From: the human T2T-CHM13v2.0 reference genome, Homo sapiens
NCBI RefSeq assembly: GCF_009914755.1
Contig: NC_060946.1
DNA length: 64,000 nt
Strand: one strand, 5' to 3'
A model generated the notes under the pieces. That model saw nothing but the letters and a program-made list of their open reading frames with translations. It had not been told where the DNA came from and ran no database searches. Position numbers and translations under genes: made by a program. Numbering within the stretch: the first letter of the stretch is position 1; each line of letters begins with the position of its first letter. This document shows, piece after piece, positions 1-30,645 of this stretch.

Positions 1-171
1 TTGAGCAACCCTTGGAGTTGGTGTCTTGGGAACGAGGAGAGGTTAGCCTCACCCAATCACAGGAACTGGAAGTGAGAGAGTGGTTTCCCAATCCCAAAAT
101 AGAGATGCTGTTCCCAGAAATGGAGGGAGGGATGCTGAACACATGTCTTAGTCCATTTTGTGTTGCTATAA

Positions 172-801
<630 letters not shown>

Positions 802-2634
802 CTCAGACTCTACTTTTAGGGGAATCTAGGATAAGTCAAAGATTTTACCTGGTCTGAGATTTAGATTTGTCTATACACTTTTTAGACATGTGAGAAATAA
901 GTATGTTTTGTGTTTTTAAATTGGCCTCCTGCCTGCTGATCAGGGGCTGTGCTCAGAGGATGCTGCACTAAGGGACTGAAAGTCAAGCTTCTGAATTTCC
1001 AGCGAGGTCCAGACCTTTCCTGGCAGGAGGCAGCAGCCCGCCAGCTGCTGTGCCTGGGGTGGGCAGGAGGGTGGCAGAAGCGTCCCAACATGAACCGTTG
1101 CCCAGAGAAGCTGTCAGGGGCTGACTGCAGGACTTGAGAACTTTATCAACATGTCACCAGCCAAAGAGAGAAGGCGGCTATGCCTCTAGCTGAGCTCCTG
1201 TGGTTCTGACCAATGTATCAGGCTACTACTGGTGTGTTCTCAACGCCACTCGGTCATCGAGTGTTTCATTGGGGTGGCTTGCCAGTGACAAGGCACAAAG
1301 CAGCTTTTGCAGAGATAGTAAGAGGAAGCTGGAGAATGGGCTGTCTCCTTGTCTCTAGTGGCCTTGCTGTTTCCCTACTGACTATAGACAGACATGTCAT
1401 AATACGTCTCTGCTCCCCTGGGCTCTGTGCCCTCTGCCAATGCCCACTGATAATCCCTGACGCTGTTTGGATGAGTGCCTCATTTTCTCATCCCTCTGGC
1501 CCCTGCCCAGCCACCTACTGTGTCCTCCTCCTAATAGGGCCCTTGGCCACTTCCCCGGGCTGAAAGCTTGCTCCTTGTGGATTGCCAATGAGACCCGCAG
1601 GCCCAATACTTTTTGCCTTTGACAATCCTTTAGCTCCGTAACAGAAAATCAGCAGTGCCAGCAGGGCATGAAAACAGCCCAGTTTATACATATTTGTCAA
1701 TATCTCAGTTTATGGTTAGGCATATCTGGGCAATTTGGAACAAAATAGAATGGTTACTGACGAGCCCCAGATTGATATTTTGTAATGGTTCTCCATGGCA
1801 GTTCAAGGAACTGTGTGGGGCATTTAAACCTCTTCAACTGTATCTTATCTTGTCCCATAAACACCCACCGTTGAGTCAACTGTGACTCCATGACCATCTC
1901 ACCCCTCTAGCTCCCATGCCTGTATCCCAGCTGGTCCCACTGCAGGAGATGTTCTTCCTACTCCTGTTCCCCTTGTACCTGGTATACTTAGAATCATCTT
2001 TCAGGTCTCAGCTGAGTGCCATGTCCTCTAGGAAGCCCTTCTGACTTTCTCAAACTGAGTAAGGTTCCTCCTGTAAGTTCCCAAGTTGCCTAAAATAAAC
2101 CTTAGCACATTGCCTTGTACTCGTCTATTGATGTGTTTGTCCCTCGCAGCAGGTGATAAATTCCTAGACATTCAAGTACTATGTCTAGTTCACCAATCAT
2201 GTCCTCAGGGCCAAGGCTTGTGTCTGGCACAGAGAAGGTGCTCAGTATTTGTTGAATAAATATTAGCTGGCTTCAAAGTGTCTAATAATTTGAATTGAGG
2301 GTACATTGGGAGTTAATGAAATCTCAGGTTTTATATTATATATAAAAGTGAAAGCCACGTCTATAATTCCAGCTGCTTGGTAGACCAAGATGGGAGGACA
2401 TCTTGAGGCCAGGAGTTTGAGGCTGCAGTGTACTATGATCACACCTGTGAACAGCAATTGCACTCCAGCCTGGGCAACATAGTGAGACCCCATCTCTAAA
2501 AAAATAAAAAATGGAAAAATAATTAGTTCATGTGTTACGGTATGTTAATATGGTATGTTAATATTATTATGTTAATACATCAAATATATACTTACATACA
2601 CAAATATTTTAGACTCACATAACCACAAATTTAA

Positions 2635-5275
<2,641 letters not shown>

Positions 5276-5779
5276 TTATTGATTATAGGGAACACGAGGG
5301 AGTTGGTAACATTGGGGGCTGATAACATTCTATATCTTGATAGAGATGTTGGTTACATGAGTGTTTACATATATAAAACTATGTCAGGCTGTACACTTAA
5401 GATTTGTGTACTTTATGTGTAAAATAAAATTGTAAACATATATTATGCTTCCTAAACTAGTGTAATCTGAGTAAGTCTGTAGTCTTGTTAATTGCCAATT
5501 AATTTCCTGACTTTGGTAATGCACTATAGTTACGTAAGATGTTACCATTGGGGGAAGTTGGATGATAGGTACACAGAACTTCTCTGTACTATTTTGCAAC
5601 TTCTCGTGAGTCTACAGTTTTTTCAAAATATGAAGTTAAAAAAATCTTATCCTTCCTATTCTTCATTTAAAAATCAGACAGTTTAAACATGCTATTCTTT
5701 CCATCATAAAATCCTTCTTGCCTTCAACCAAATTTATGGATCTAATTCATTTATTTTCTTTTCTAAGTGATTTCAGGCT

Positions 5780-5985
5780 CACCTTTCCCTCCCTCCCTTC
5801 CTCCCTCTTTTCCTTCCTTCCTTCCTTCCTCCCTCCCTCCCTCCCTTCCTCCCATCCAGCCTTTCCTTCTTTCATCCATTCATTCTATTTGCCTGTCATC
5901 CATCCATCTATTATTAAATCCTTCCTTCTTTCCCCTCCCTTTCTTCCTTCCTTCTTTCCTTTTCTCCCTCCTTCCTTTCCTTCAG
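5780..5985. repeat. Pyrimidine-rich (TTCC/CCCT)n low-complexity tract
   Basis: Seen directly. Confidence 0.9.
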
Positions 5986-6176
5986 TATCATTGAATCTGG
6001 TCTGTTTCTCCTTTCTGCCCCCTCTAGATCACCCCACCTCAGTGAATACCTGCTCTGAGAGGGCATCTCCACTTTTCTACCCATAGACTCTTACTGCCCC
6101 ATGCCTTGGTGAATCTAAGAGCTAGGAAGCCTAGAAGTCTTAATTCCACTATCCTGCCTGCTCTAAACCCTGCTGA

Positions 6177-8552
<2,376 letters not shown>

Positions 8553-8554
8553 AC

Positions 8555-11570
<3,016 letters not shown>

Positions 11571-12089
11571 CAAGAACTCAAAGGAATTTTGACTCAAATA
11601 TTGAACTCAGGTGAATAAAACATAAGAAATCAATCCACAGAGAGACTGAATGAAGACTAACACATGAAACATTTATCAAACAATCTAATGCTCTATGTAA
11701 TAAAGTATGAAATTATAAGAAATTGACTGTGAGTACCCTGATCATTAAAACATAGGCTCAGGGAAGTGGTTCCAATCAGCAGAGTGCATTGAAATAGATA
11801 CTGACTTTGGGGCCAGGAGACCTGCAACTGGACTGTGATTCCATCGTTTATCACCTGAGCGACACTAGGTGGGGGTAGGTAAGTTAATGAACCTCATGGA
11901 GCCTCACCTCCATCACTCACTGGAGATCACATTACTTGCCTTGCAGGATTAATGTGTGGACCAGTGAGATGGGAGCCTACAGAATGGCAGACACTAAGCT
12001 TGGTCCACATTAGCTACAGCAGGGGCAGATATGAAAAATTGTTTGGAGTTTTTATCTCATATTTTCTATCAGTCCCCTCTCAATTACTA

Positions 12090-12870
<781 letters not shown>

Positions 12871-13259
12871 GGAAGAAGGAAAGAAATTGTAAAGATGCTA
12901 CAAGTCTACACCATGGGTTGGGCATCTCTTCTGAGCATCAGGGCCATTGAGTGGTGCCTTCCTCTTGGCCATTGAGTGATTCTGCAAATGAGAGTCTCCT
13001 TTTCTTTCTCTGGACATCAGCTTTTCCCTAGAAAGGAGAAGAAATTTGGTGCCCACCCCCTAAGGTGGCTTAGAAGGACCAAAATGTACAAAATGCAGAT
13101 TACCTGGTAGATTTTCTCACACTTTATGTGTATGAAACACTGTTAAGCACAGCTTGGCAATCTACAGCTCGGGCCAAAATCCTGCCCCAACTTTTCCCTC
13201 CATCCTGTCTTCATGGCCTGACAGCCAAGAATGGTTTTTATATTTTGAGGCATTGTAGA

Positions 13260-14075
13260 AGGTTATTATCAAAAAGATGAAAGATAAAGTGTCGGCAAGG
13301 ATGTGGAGAAAGGGTACCTTTGTACACAGTGGGTGTTATTGTAAATTAGTACAGCCCTTATGGAAAACAGTACGGAGGTTCCTCAAAAAACTAAAAATAG
13401 AGCTACCATATGATCCAGCAATCTCACTGCTGGGTACATATCCAAAGGAATTGAAGTCAGTATGCTGAAGAGATGCTGGCATTCTCATGTTCATTGCAGC
13501 ACTAATCACAATAGCCAAGATATGGAAGTAATGGAAGTGTCCATCAGTGGATGAATGTATTTTTTCAAATGTGGTATATAGACACAACGGAATACTATTG
13601 AGCCTTAAAAACACATGAAATTCTGTCATTTGCTGTTGCATGGATGAACCTAGAGGTTATTATGTGAAGTGAAGTAAGCCAGGCACAGTGACAAACACTT
13701 CTATGTGGAATCTGAAAGTCAAATGCATAGAAGTAGAGGGTAGAGTGGTAGTTCTCAGAGGCTGGTGGGGGTGGGGAGGTGAGCAGGAAAGGGGAGATGT
13801 TGGTAAAGGGGTGTGAAGTTATAGTTAGAGGAATAAGTTCTGGTGTCTTATTGCACAGCAAGCTGACTATAGTTAATAATAATTTATTTGTCTATTTTGA
13901 AATAGCTAGAAGAGAGGATTTTAAATTTTCTCACCACAAAGAAATGATACATATTTGAGGAGATGAATATGCTAATTCCCCTGATTTGATCATTCTACAA
14001 TGTGTGAAACAGCACATTGTATCCCATAAGTATGCATAATTATCTGGCAATTAAAAATAAATTTGAAAAAAGAAA
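13260..14075 (+). mobile_element. L1MA-type LINE-1 3' end
   Basis: ORF2 C-terminal remnant ([31 protein letters not shown]), 3'UTR and A-rich tail. Confidence 0.9.
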
Positions 14076-14164
14076 AAAGAGTTCAAGGAAGGAACAAAGG
14101 AAGGGAGAAAATGTCACAGGGATGTATGTGGCTTGTAAAACATTAAATATTTATTATCTGGTTC

Positions 14165-14797
<633 letters not shown>

Positions 14798-15499
14798 TAG
14801 AGGATAAAAATGAAGCTCAAAAAGGGGAGAATATTACTGACTTGAGGTCACCCAACAAAGAAATCATCCATCTAAAACAAACAGATTGGGTTCCCTTTAT
14901 ATACAAGGATATAAATACAAGATCATAGAACAGTCAGTGCAGTGTTTCTCAAAGTGAGTGCCATGGACCCCAGATCCCAGAATTGCCCAGTAATGTGTTC
15001 TCAGCTCAAATGAGTTCTGGAAACTCTGGAAACTCCATAAGCTCTTCTTAGATGATTATTATGTACATCAGTATATCAAGACTCTCAGAAGTTCTGCTGC
15101 AAAGAACAAAACTGTTCGGTTACCTTGTTGAACTCGGCATGTCCCCAGTTATTTTTTAGCTGGGAATCTTTTTTGGGGGGTTTATTTTGATGATAGCAAT
15201 GTAATACCTTTCCTCAGAAATATTTGAGAAATTCTGAAGACATAGGTCAATCACTTAGGTTTGAAAGCCAGCCCATCCACTTCTTTGCATAGGACCCTGT
15301 GCAAGTTGCCCAGTCTCTTTGAGCCTTGTTGGTGGGAAGTGGAGACTCATTTCCAGTGACATTTCTGATCCCCTGGTTCCTGCCTTTAGAGCTACATTTC
15401 CCCATAGGGGTGTTCACTGGCAACCTCCCACACCACTGGGCTCAGAGTAGAGAATGAGCTTTATTTTTTCTCTCTGATTGTACATAATTCTATAATTTA

Positions 15500-16810
<1,311 letters not shown>

Positions 16811-19479
16811 TTGACTGAGAGAGCATTTGCATCTCTTTGGACTCCTTGGTTCTCAGACACATTGGGGAAACTGAGGCAGCTTGGCCAACTCTGTAGAGAT
16901 GCGGCAGGGCTGGGAACGTAAGATCCTCTGACACCAGGTGTGAGACTCTTTCATAGCCCTCAATCACTTCTTAAATTCCTCCCCAGTGGAGCTTCTGTGA
17001 CCTTATTCTATTCTTTCTTGTCATCTTTGCAGAGGTGAAGACTGTTTCAGAGAATTACTTTATAACAAATGAGATCCAGAATAGAAGAAAATTTATCTAA
17101 CTCTCAGGGGCAGGAGAAATGTGAGCCTTTGGACCTTGAATTTAAATGAGCCAGCAAATCCCTGCTAATTCTCTTCCCCTGCTGAGTCCCGTCTGCTTCA
17201 CATTCAGCAGAGGAGAAAGCCAGCCTGTGTCACCCATGATTTATGCCGTGCCGTTTGCTCTCTTTCTCTAGAACATTAAACACCCTGAGCAGAGGAGGAA
17301 GAGGTACTCTCAGGAGGCCTGGTTGACAGACGGGTGTCTGGGGGTGGGGAGCTCTCTGCTCTGTTGGGAAAAGGGAGGAGGTTGAGTTAAAAAAAAAAAA
17401 AAAGGCCCATGCGGCTTCCACATAAAAGGAATAAGGGAGTCTCTGTGTGCCTTGACCTCTGCAAAAACAATTGGCCTCTGAGCCAAGAGACCTGGGTGCT
17501 TGATTTACTCGTTTACTAAGTACCTTTGGGCAAGACTTTCCTGTTTCTGGGCCTCAGTTTTCCTGCCTGTCAAAGAAGGGTCTGGATGGTTTGAGCTCCC
17601 TACAGCTTCATGGATCTGGAGCTAGTTGGTACAGCGACCTTGCATAGACCGAGACAATGTAGCACAGTGGTTAACCATAGGGACTCCAGTCCCCTGGGTG
17701 GGTTCTGACTCCAGCTCCACCTCTTACCTCCCACTATGTGGCCCTGGGAAAGTTCCTCACCTTTCAGTTTCATCTGCATGGTGAGGTTAATAGCCAGGAC
17801 CTTCCTCATTGGGTGGCAGGGAACTAAAGCCAGGCTCTTGCAGTGGTGCTGGCACTGACCTAGTACTTTATAATAGAGTCAGCTGTTATTGGGACTGTTG
17901 TTCCTGAGATGGTCCCCTATTGTGACCTTGGTGTCCCTCAACCCCAGTTCTCTGCTTGGAGCTCGCTTGGTGCAGGGCAGGGCATCTTAGTGAGCAATTG
18001 GAAGTTCTGGGCAGAAGGGAGAAGGAGCTATTTTCAGTGGGTTCTGGTTCTATTTGTAGCTGGTGAGTTGGCCCAGGCTGCAGGGAAGCTTTGGGCCAGC
18101 ACACTGGGCACTGAGAGAGGTGTGTTGTCTTACATTGGAGAGGGGAGGGAAAGGAGAGAGAGGAGACAGGGAGGTCAAATGGAGAGGAAAAGGAGGGAAG
18201 CCACCCCCCCACTCACCCTCCCATACCTTTCTAACCTGTTCTTGCCAATTTCATCTCCTCTATCTTACCTGGGGAAACTTAGAGGGGGGCCCTGACCTTT
18301 TAAAGGTAGATTTAGTTTGCAACACGAAGTGATCCATCAACCCAGTTACCACAGTGTTCCCTAACCTATGGCGTTGATTTTTTTCCAGCTGAAGTGGGAC
18401 TTTTATCCCCAGCAGAATTTTGGGGTATTTGTTAAGGTAGGTGGTGCCTAAACCACTAAATACCTAAGTCATTTTTCAAAACAAAGAGGAAGCGCTCTCA
18501 TTTCCCCACTGGATACTAGGGCAGAACCTGCTGACTTCCTCTTCCAGAACCATCCCCTACATGGCTAAGCGAGTTGCTTACCCTCTCTGGCCCTCAGTTC
18601 TTCATTCATGAAATGAGGCAGCGGTGCCAGGGAGACACGTTTGGAGCTCTTGAGTTGTTTCCAGTTGTAATTCTGTGGCTCCCTGATGCAGTAATCAAAC
18701 CAGGTGAGGCTGATCCTTTAATCAAAGGATGGTTGGTAGAACTAGGAGGCTCCAAGGAGAGGATGACATTCTACCCTGTCATTATCTGGATGATAAAACT
18801 GAGGTCCTAAAGGTGGGGTCAGATCAGGCAGTGAGTCAGTGGCTCAGCTGGGTCAGTAACCCAAGCCTCTTACCTCCCATTGTAGCAAAGCCTCCCTGAC
18901 ACTGGACTGCAGGGTACCTCTTCCTAGAGGGATGATGGCACTCACATCTACTGAGTGCCATTGTACTATTGTAGTTGTGTTAACTGATTTAACTCCCACA
19001 CTAATCCATTTTCCAGATGAAGATCACCCATATAGAAAGAAATGGTAACATCAAAAGCTCAATCAAACACTATTTGAGTATTTCCCAATGTCCAGTTATC
19101 TGGGTATCATCCTCATGAATTTTTGACATAATTTGCTTCATACGTTTATACTAATATTTACTTCCTACTTTTATTTCTCTCTTTTTAAAATTTTTTTGTA
19201 TTTTTTGGAGAGAAGGTCTCACTCTAACCCAGGCTGGAGTGCTGTGGCACACTCATAGCTCATGGCAGCCTTGACCTCCTGGGCTCAAGTGGTCCTCTCA
19301 CTCAGCCTTCCAAGCAGCTGGGACTGCAGGCATGTGCCACCACATCAGCTAACTTTTGTATTTTTTTGTAGAGACAGGGGCTCACCATGTTGTCCAGGCT
19401 GGTCTCAAACTCCTGGCCTCAAGCAATCCTCCTGCCTCACCCTCCCAAGTAGCTAGGACTACAGGCATGCCACAGTGTA

Positions 19480-21212
19480 TGGTTTCGTCTCTTTGATAAT
19501 AGCCATTTTTACAAGTGTTATGTGATATCTCATTGTGGTTTCAATTTGCATTTCCCCGATGATTAGTAATCTTCAACAGTTTTTCATATAGCTGTTGGCT
19601 ATTTGTGTCTTCTTTTGAGAAATGCCTATTCAGAACTTTTGCCCATTTTTTCAGTAGGATTATTTATTTGCTTACCATTGAGTTCTTTATACATTTTGTA
19701 TATTAACCCCTAGTCAGATGTATGGTTTGCTAATATATTCTCCCATTCAATAGGTTATCTTATTACTCTGTTGTTTTCTTTGCTGGGCAGAAGGTTTTTA
19801 GTTTGATGTAGTCCCATTTGTCTATTTTTGTTTTTGTTGCCTGTGCTTTTAGAGTCATATCCAAAAAATCATTTCCCAGACCAGTGTTATGAAGCTTTTA
19901 TGTTTTCTTCTGGTAGTTTTAATTTCAGGTCATATATTTAAATCTTTAATCCATTTTGAGTTGATTTTTGTGTATGGTGTAAGATGAAGTTCTAATTTCA
20001 TTCTTCTGCATGTGAATATAGTTTTTCCTAGCACCATTTATTGAAGAGACTGTCTTTTCTCCATTGTGTAGTTGTCATCTTGGTTGAAAATCAATTGACT
20101 GTAAATGTCTGGATTTACTTGTGGCCTCTCTGTTCTGTTTCATTGGTCTGTATGTCTGTTTTTATGCCAGCACCATGATATTTTGATTAATATAGCTTTG
20201 TTATTTTGAAATCAGGTAGTGTGATACCTCTGGCTTTGTTCTTTTCATTCAAGACAGATTTGGCTATTCAGTCTTTTGTGGTTCATATGAATTTTAGAAC
20301 TTTAAAAAAATTTCTGTGAAAACTGTCATTGGAATTTTGATAGGCTAGTATTGAACCTGTAGATTGCTTTGGATAATACAGATATTTTAACAATGTCAAT
20401 TCTTTCAGTCCAAAAACAAGGGATATCTTTCTGTTAATTTGCCTTCTTCAGTTTGTTTCATCGTTGTTTTATAGTTTTTAGTGTACAGATCTTTTACCTC
20501 CTTGGTTAAATTTATTTCTAAGTATTTTTCTTTTGGTAGCTATTGTGAATGGGATTGTTTTCTTGATTCCTTTTTTGGATAATTAGTTGTTATGTTGTTA
20601 GTATACAGAAGTGCTACTAATCTTTGTGTGCTGTTTTTGCATCCTGGAACTTAACTGAATTTGTTTATTAGTTCTAATGGTTTCCTGGTGGAGTCTTTAG
20701 GGTTTTCCATACATATGATCATGTTGTCCGTAAACAGAGACTATTTAACGTCTTCCCTTCTGATTTGGATGCCTTTTATTTCTTTCTCTTGCCTAATTGC
20801 TCTGGCTAGGATTTCCTGTACTATGTTGAATAGAAGTGGTGAGAGTAGGGGTCCTTATCTTATTCCTGATCTTAGAGAAAAAGTTTTCAGCTTTGTACCA
20901 TTGAGTATGATATTAGCTATGGGCTTGTCATATATGGCCTTTCTTATGTTGGGATACATTTCTCCTATACCTAATTTGTTGGGAGTTTTATCATGAAAGG
21001 ATACTGAATTTTGTCAAGTGCCCTTTCTGTGTCTATTGAGATGATGGGATGGTTTTGCCCTTCACTCTGTTAATGTGGTGTATCACATTTATTGATTTGT
21101 ATATTGATTGATATTTATTGATTTGAACCATCCTTGCATCCCAGGGATAAATCCCACTTGATCATGGTGAATGATCTTGTTAATGTGCTGTTGAATTTGG
21201 TTTGCTAATAGT
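19480..21212 (-). mobile_element. Old LINE-1 ORF2 fragment (L1M-type)
   Basis: Typical antisense ORF2 motifs (CCATCCTTGCATCCCAGGGATAAATCCCACTTGATCATGG; CTATGTTGAATAGAAGTGGTGAGAG). Confidence 0.9.
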
Positions 21213-21214
21213 TA

Positions 21215-28098
<6,884 letters not shown>

Positions 28099-28547
28099 TT
28101 GTATTCTGAATACAACTTCTAAAACACTATATTTACTTGCATTATATTAAACTGGTTTTATCCTGACCACAATTGCAGGTGGAAGATACCACTATTGTTC
28201 TATTTTTCTGGTAAGTAGAGTGAGCCATGTCTTGCCCAGGGTTACAGAGCTTGGAAAAGACGCCTCCTAAAAATCTGTAGGACCACCTTTGGTTTTCTTC
28301 CAGATTTTTTTTTGTCATCTCTTTTCCTCCACCCATTTCCCATCTGTCTAGCCATTCTTGCTCCGCTGGGCTTTTTCGCGAGCCTCTCCCCAGCTGCAGC
28401 CCCGCCCATCTCCTGGGGCGTGACCACCTGTCCAGGCCCCGCCCCCGTCCAACCGGCGGAGACCCGCCCCCTTTCCCGGACACCGGGCTCAGCGCCCGAG
28501 CGTGCGCGCGCGTCCTCGCTCGTCGCCCGGCTCGGCGTCGGGAGCGC

Positions 28548-28733
28548 GCTCTGTGTGGCCGCTGCCGCCATGTTGTTGTGGTTGTGAGAAGGCGGCGGCG
28601 GCGGCGGAGTAGCAGCCGGACGAGACGTCCCAGCGGCTCAGGCGCTGCCCAGCGCCGGCCCTGGCAGGGAGCCTGGTGGGGTGGCGGAGGGGGAGACTGT
28701 GCCGTGGAGGGCCTCGCCATGTCCTGCTGCCCG
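28548..28733 (+). other. MTMR3: Non-coding first exon (5'UTR), probably of myotubularin-related protein 3
   Basis: Ends at the donor CCG|GTAAGA (28733/28734). GCCGCCATGTTGTTGTGGTTGTGAGAAGGCGGCGG...GCCATGTCCTGCTGCCCG is recalled from memory as the MTMR3 mRNA 5' end. The 5' boundary is approximate and gene identity is unverified. Confidence 0.65.
28570..28587 (+). promoter_or_regulatory. uORF1 (MLLWL*) overlapping the YY1 motif
   Basis: GCCGCC-ATG-TTG-TTG-TGG-TTG-TGA read directly from the sequence. Confidence 0.6.
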
Positions 28734-29910
28734 GTAAGAACCCCATCCCCGTCCTCCGTCTCCTCGGCGGGTGAGGAAGAGCTGGAGGAGGGGCCGGCCT
28801 CGGCCCCGGCCCTGGCCAGGCGGCTGTCACCCTCTGAGGAGGCAGCGCCCTGGGAGGGCTGGGGACTGCGTGCGGGGCCCGGGGAGGGGCGTCCCCGGCG
28901 GCTGTCGCCGCCAGGGGGAGGCGCTGGGTGTGGGAGTGGGAATGGGAGCTCGGCGGCCGAGCTCGGCCCGGACCCTAGATGCGGGGGAGGCGGGGTCCCG
29001 GGCTCGGGCTGCCTTCCCAGACCTGGCGGGGATGGGCCCGTGCGGCTCTGGGTGTGGGACGTACCCTCGGAGCGCCCGGAGTTATTCCCACGAACTCCCG
29101 GGAGGTGGGTGTGCGCCCTTCGCCCCCTGCCGGGTCTGTGGCGGTCCATCGTTGCCGGATACTGGAGGTCAGGGGCCATGGGAGCCCCGGGGCGAACGGT
29201 GCGGGCCTGGGCCTTGTGGAAAGGAGGAGTGACCGCCCGATCGTGCAGCAGGGCATCCCCCTGACCTGGTAGTACTTAGGTGGGTAGGATGATTGGGGGC
29301 GGTTGGCGTAACTGAGGGAACCCTGGTCAGACTGCTCCGCAAATGATTACAGTGTTATTTCTCCGGTAGTAATTTTGCTTGATGTATGGCATTTCCGGAC
29401 CCATAAGATGATACTGTAGGTTGTATTTTGGACTGGAAAACTTATGTCAAAATTATGGGGTAGATTTTTTGGCCACATTAATAGACTCCCCTGGAATTTG
29501 ATAATCTCACTTGTGAGTTTTGGACATGGACTGCTATTACATATTGATGTTCAAATGTCCTTTCCAGACCCAGGCCTAAATTCTTACTGTTGTAGTATCT
29601 TGATTCTGACATCTATTTTTCCACAACCCAAACAAACAAAACAAAACAAAACAAAACAAAACCCCAAAACCATATACTTTTCTAGTTAAGGTTCAACTTT
29701 CTCATATGTGAATGGTAATGCCATAAGAGGCCTGGGTTGAATTACAGGAGATTATTATTATTTTTTTCAATGTGAAATGTTTGTGATTTGTCCATGGAGA
29801 GGTGGTGGGGACCTTCCCCTTTCAGATTCAGGGCTGTTCAGTAGGACAGGAGACATTGATGGCATGCAGAAAGTCTTCCCTTTATAGGGCCTATGACTTG
29901 GGTAGGCTAG

Positions 29911-30177
<267 letters not shown>

Positions 30178-30472
30178 TGATCCGCTTGCGTTGGCCTTCG
30201 AAAGTGTTGGGATTATAGGCGTGAGCCACTGCCGCCAGCCAGAATGACACTGTTTTGAGTAAACCCAGTATAGTATGTGATATTAAATTAAATTTGGAGG
30301 ATTCTAGAATTTTAGATTGGCTGCCTATGAATACCTCTTTTGGCTCCAATTACTCCCTCATTTTCAGGTGACTCAGAGAACTTCAAGTGACCAGCACAGT
30401 GGTACAGCCCCGCTTGTCGTTAATGACCAGCCATAAAAAACCCTGAGTTTCTCAGCTCATAGGCCAGGTTCT

Positions 30473-30645
30473 TCAGTGGTTGTCTAGTTTAAGGCTGGTC
30501 ATTAGAAATATTATGGACTACCTAAATTCCTCGAACTCATGCAGGACCTGGTGAATTAAAATCTCTGAGGATAGAGCCTGGGGATCTGTCCTTACAAAGC
30601 TCCGTGAATGATTCTGGTCAGCAAGGCATGTGAACTTTTGCTTTA
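30473..30645. mobile_element. MER5-type hAT MITE
   Basis: CAGTGGTT start; GAATTAAAATCTCTG and ACAAAGCTCC..ATGATTCTG core. Confidence 0.55.

Larger units (their letters stand above)
28370..29270 (+). promoter_or_regulatory. CpG-island, TATA-less promoter of a + strand gene
   Basis: Abrupt CpG/GC-rich block. GC boxes (CCCGCCC at about 28400, 28438, 28463), GGGCGTG KLF/SP motif at about 28417, YY1-type CCGCCATGTT at 28565-28574, then a strong splice donor. The + strand downstream looks T/G-skewed, as expected for a transcribed intron. Confidence 0.93.

Noticed and set aside
28142-29264. Long ORFs of 345 aa (-) and 228 aa (+) over the CpG island
   Set aside because: Low-complexity Pro/Arg/Gly translations typical of stop-poor GC-rich DNA; they cross the splice donor and resemble no known protein.
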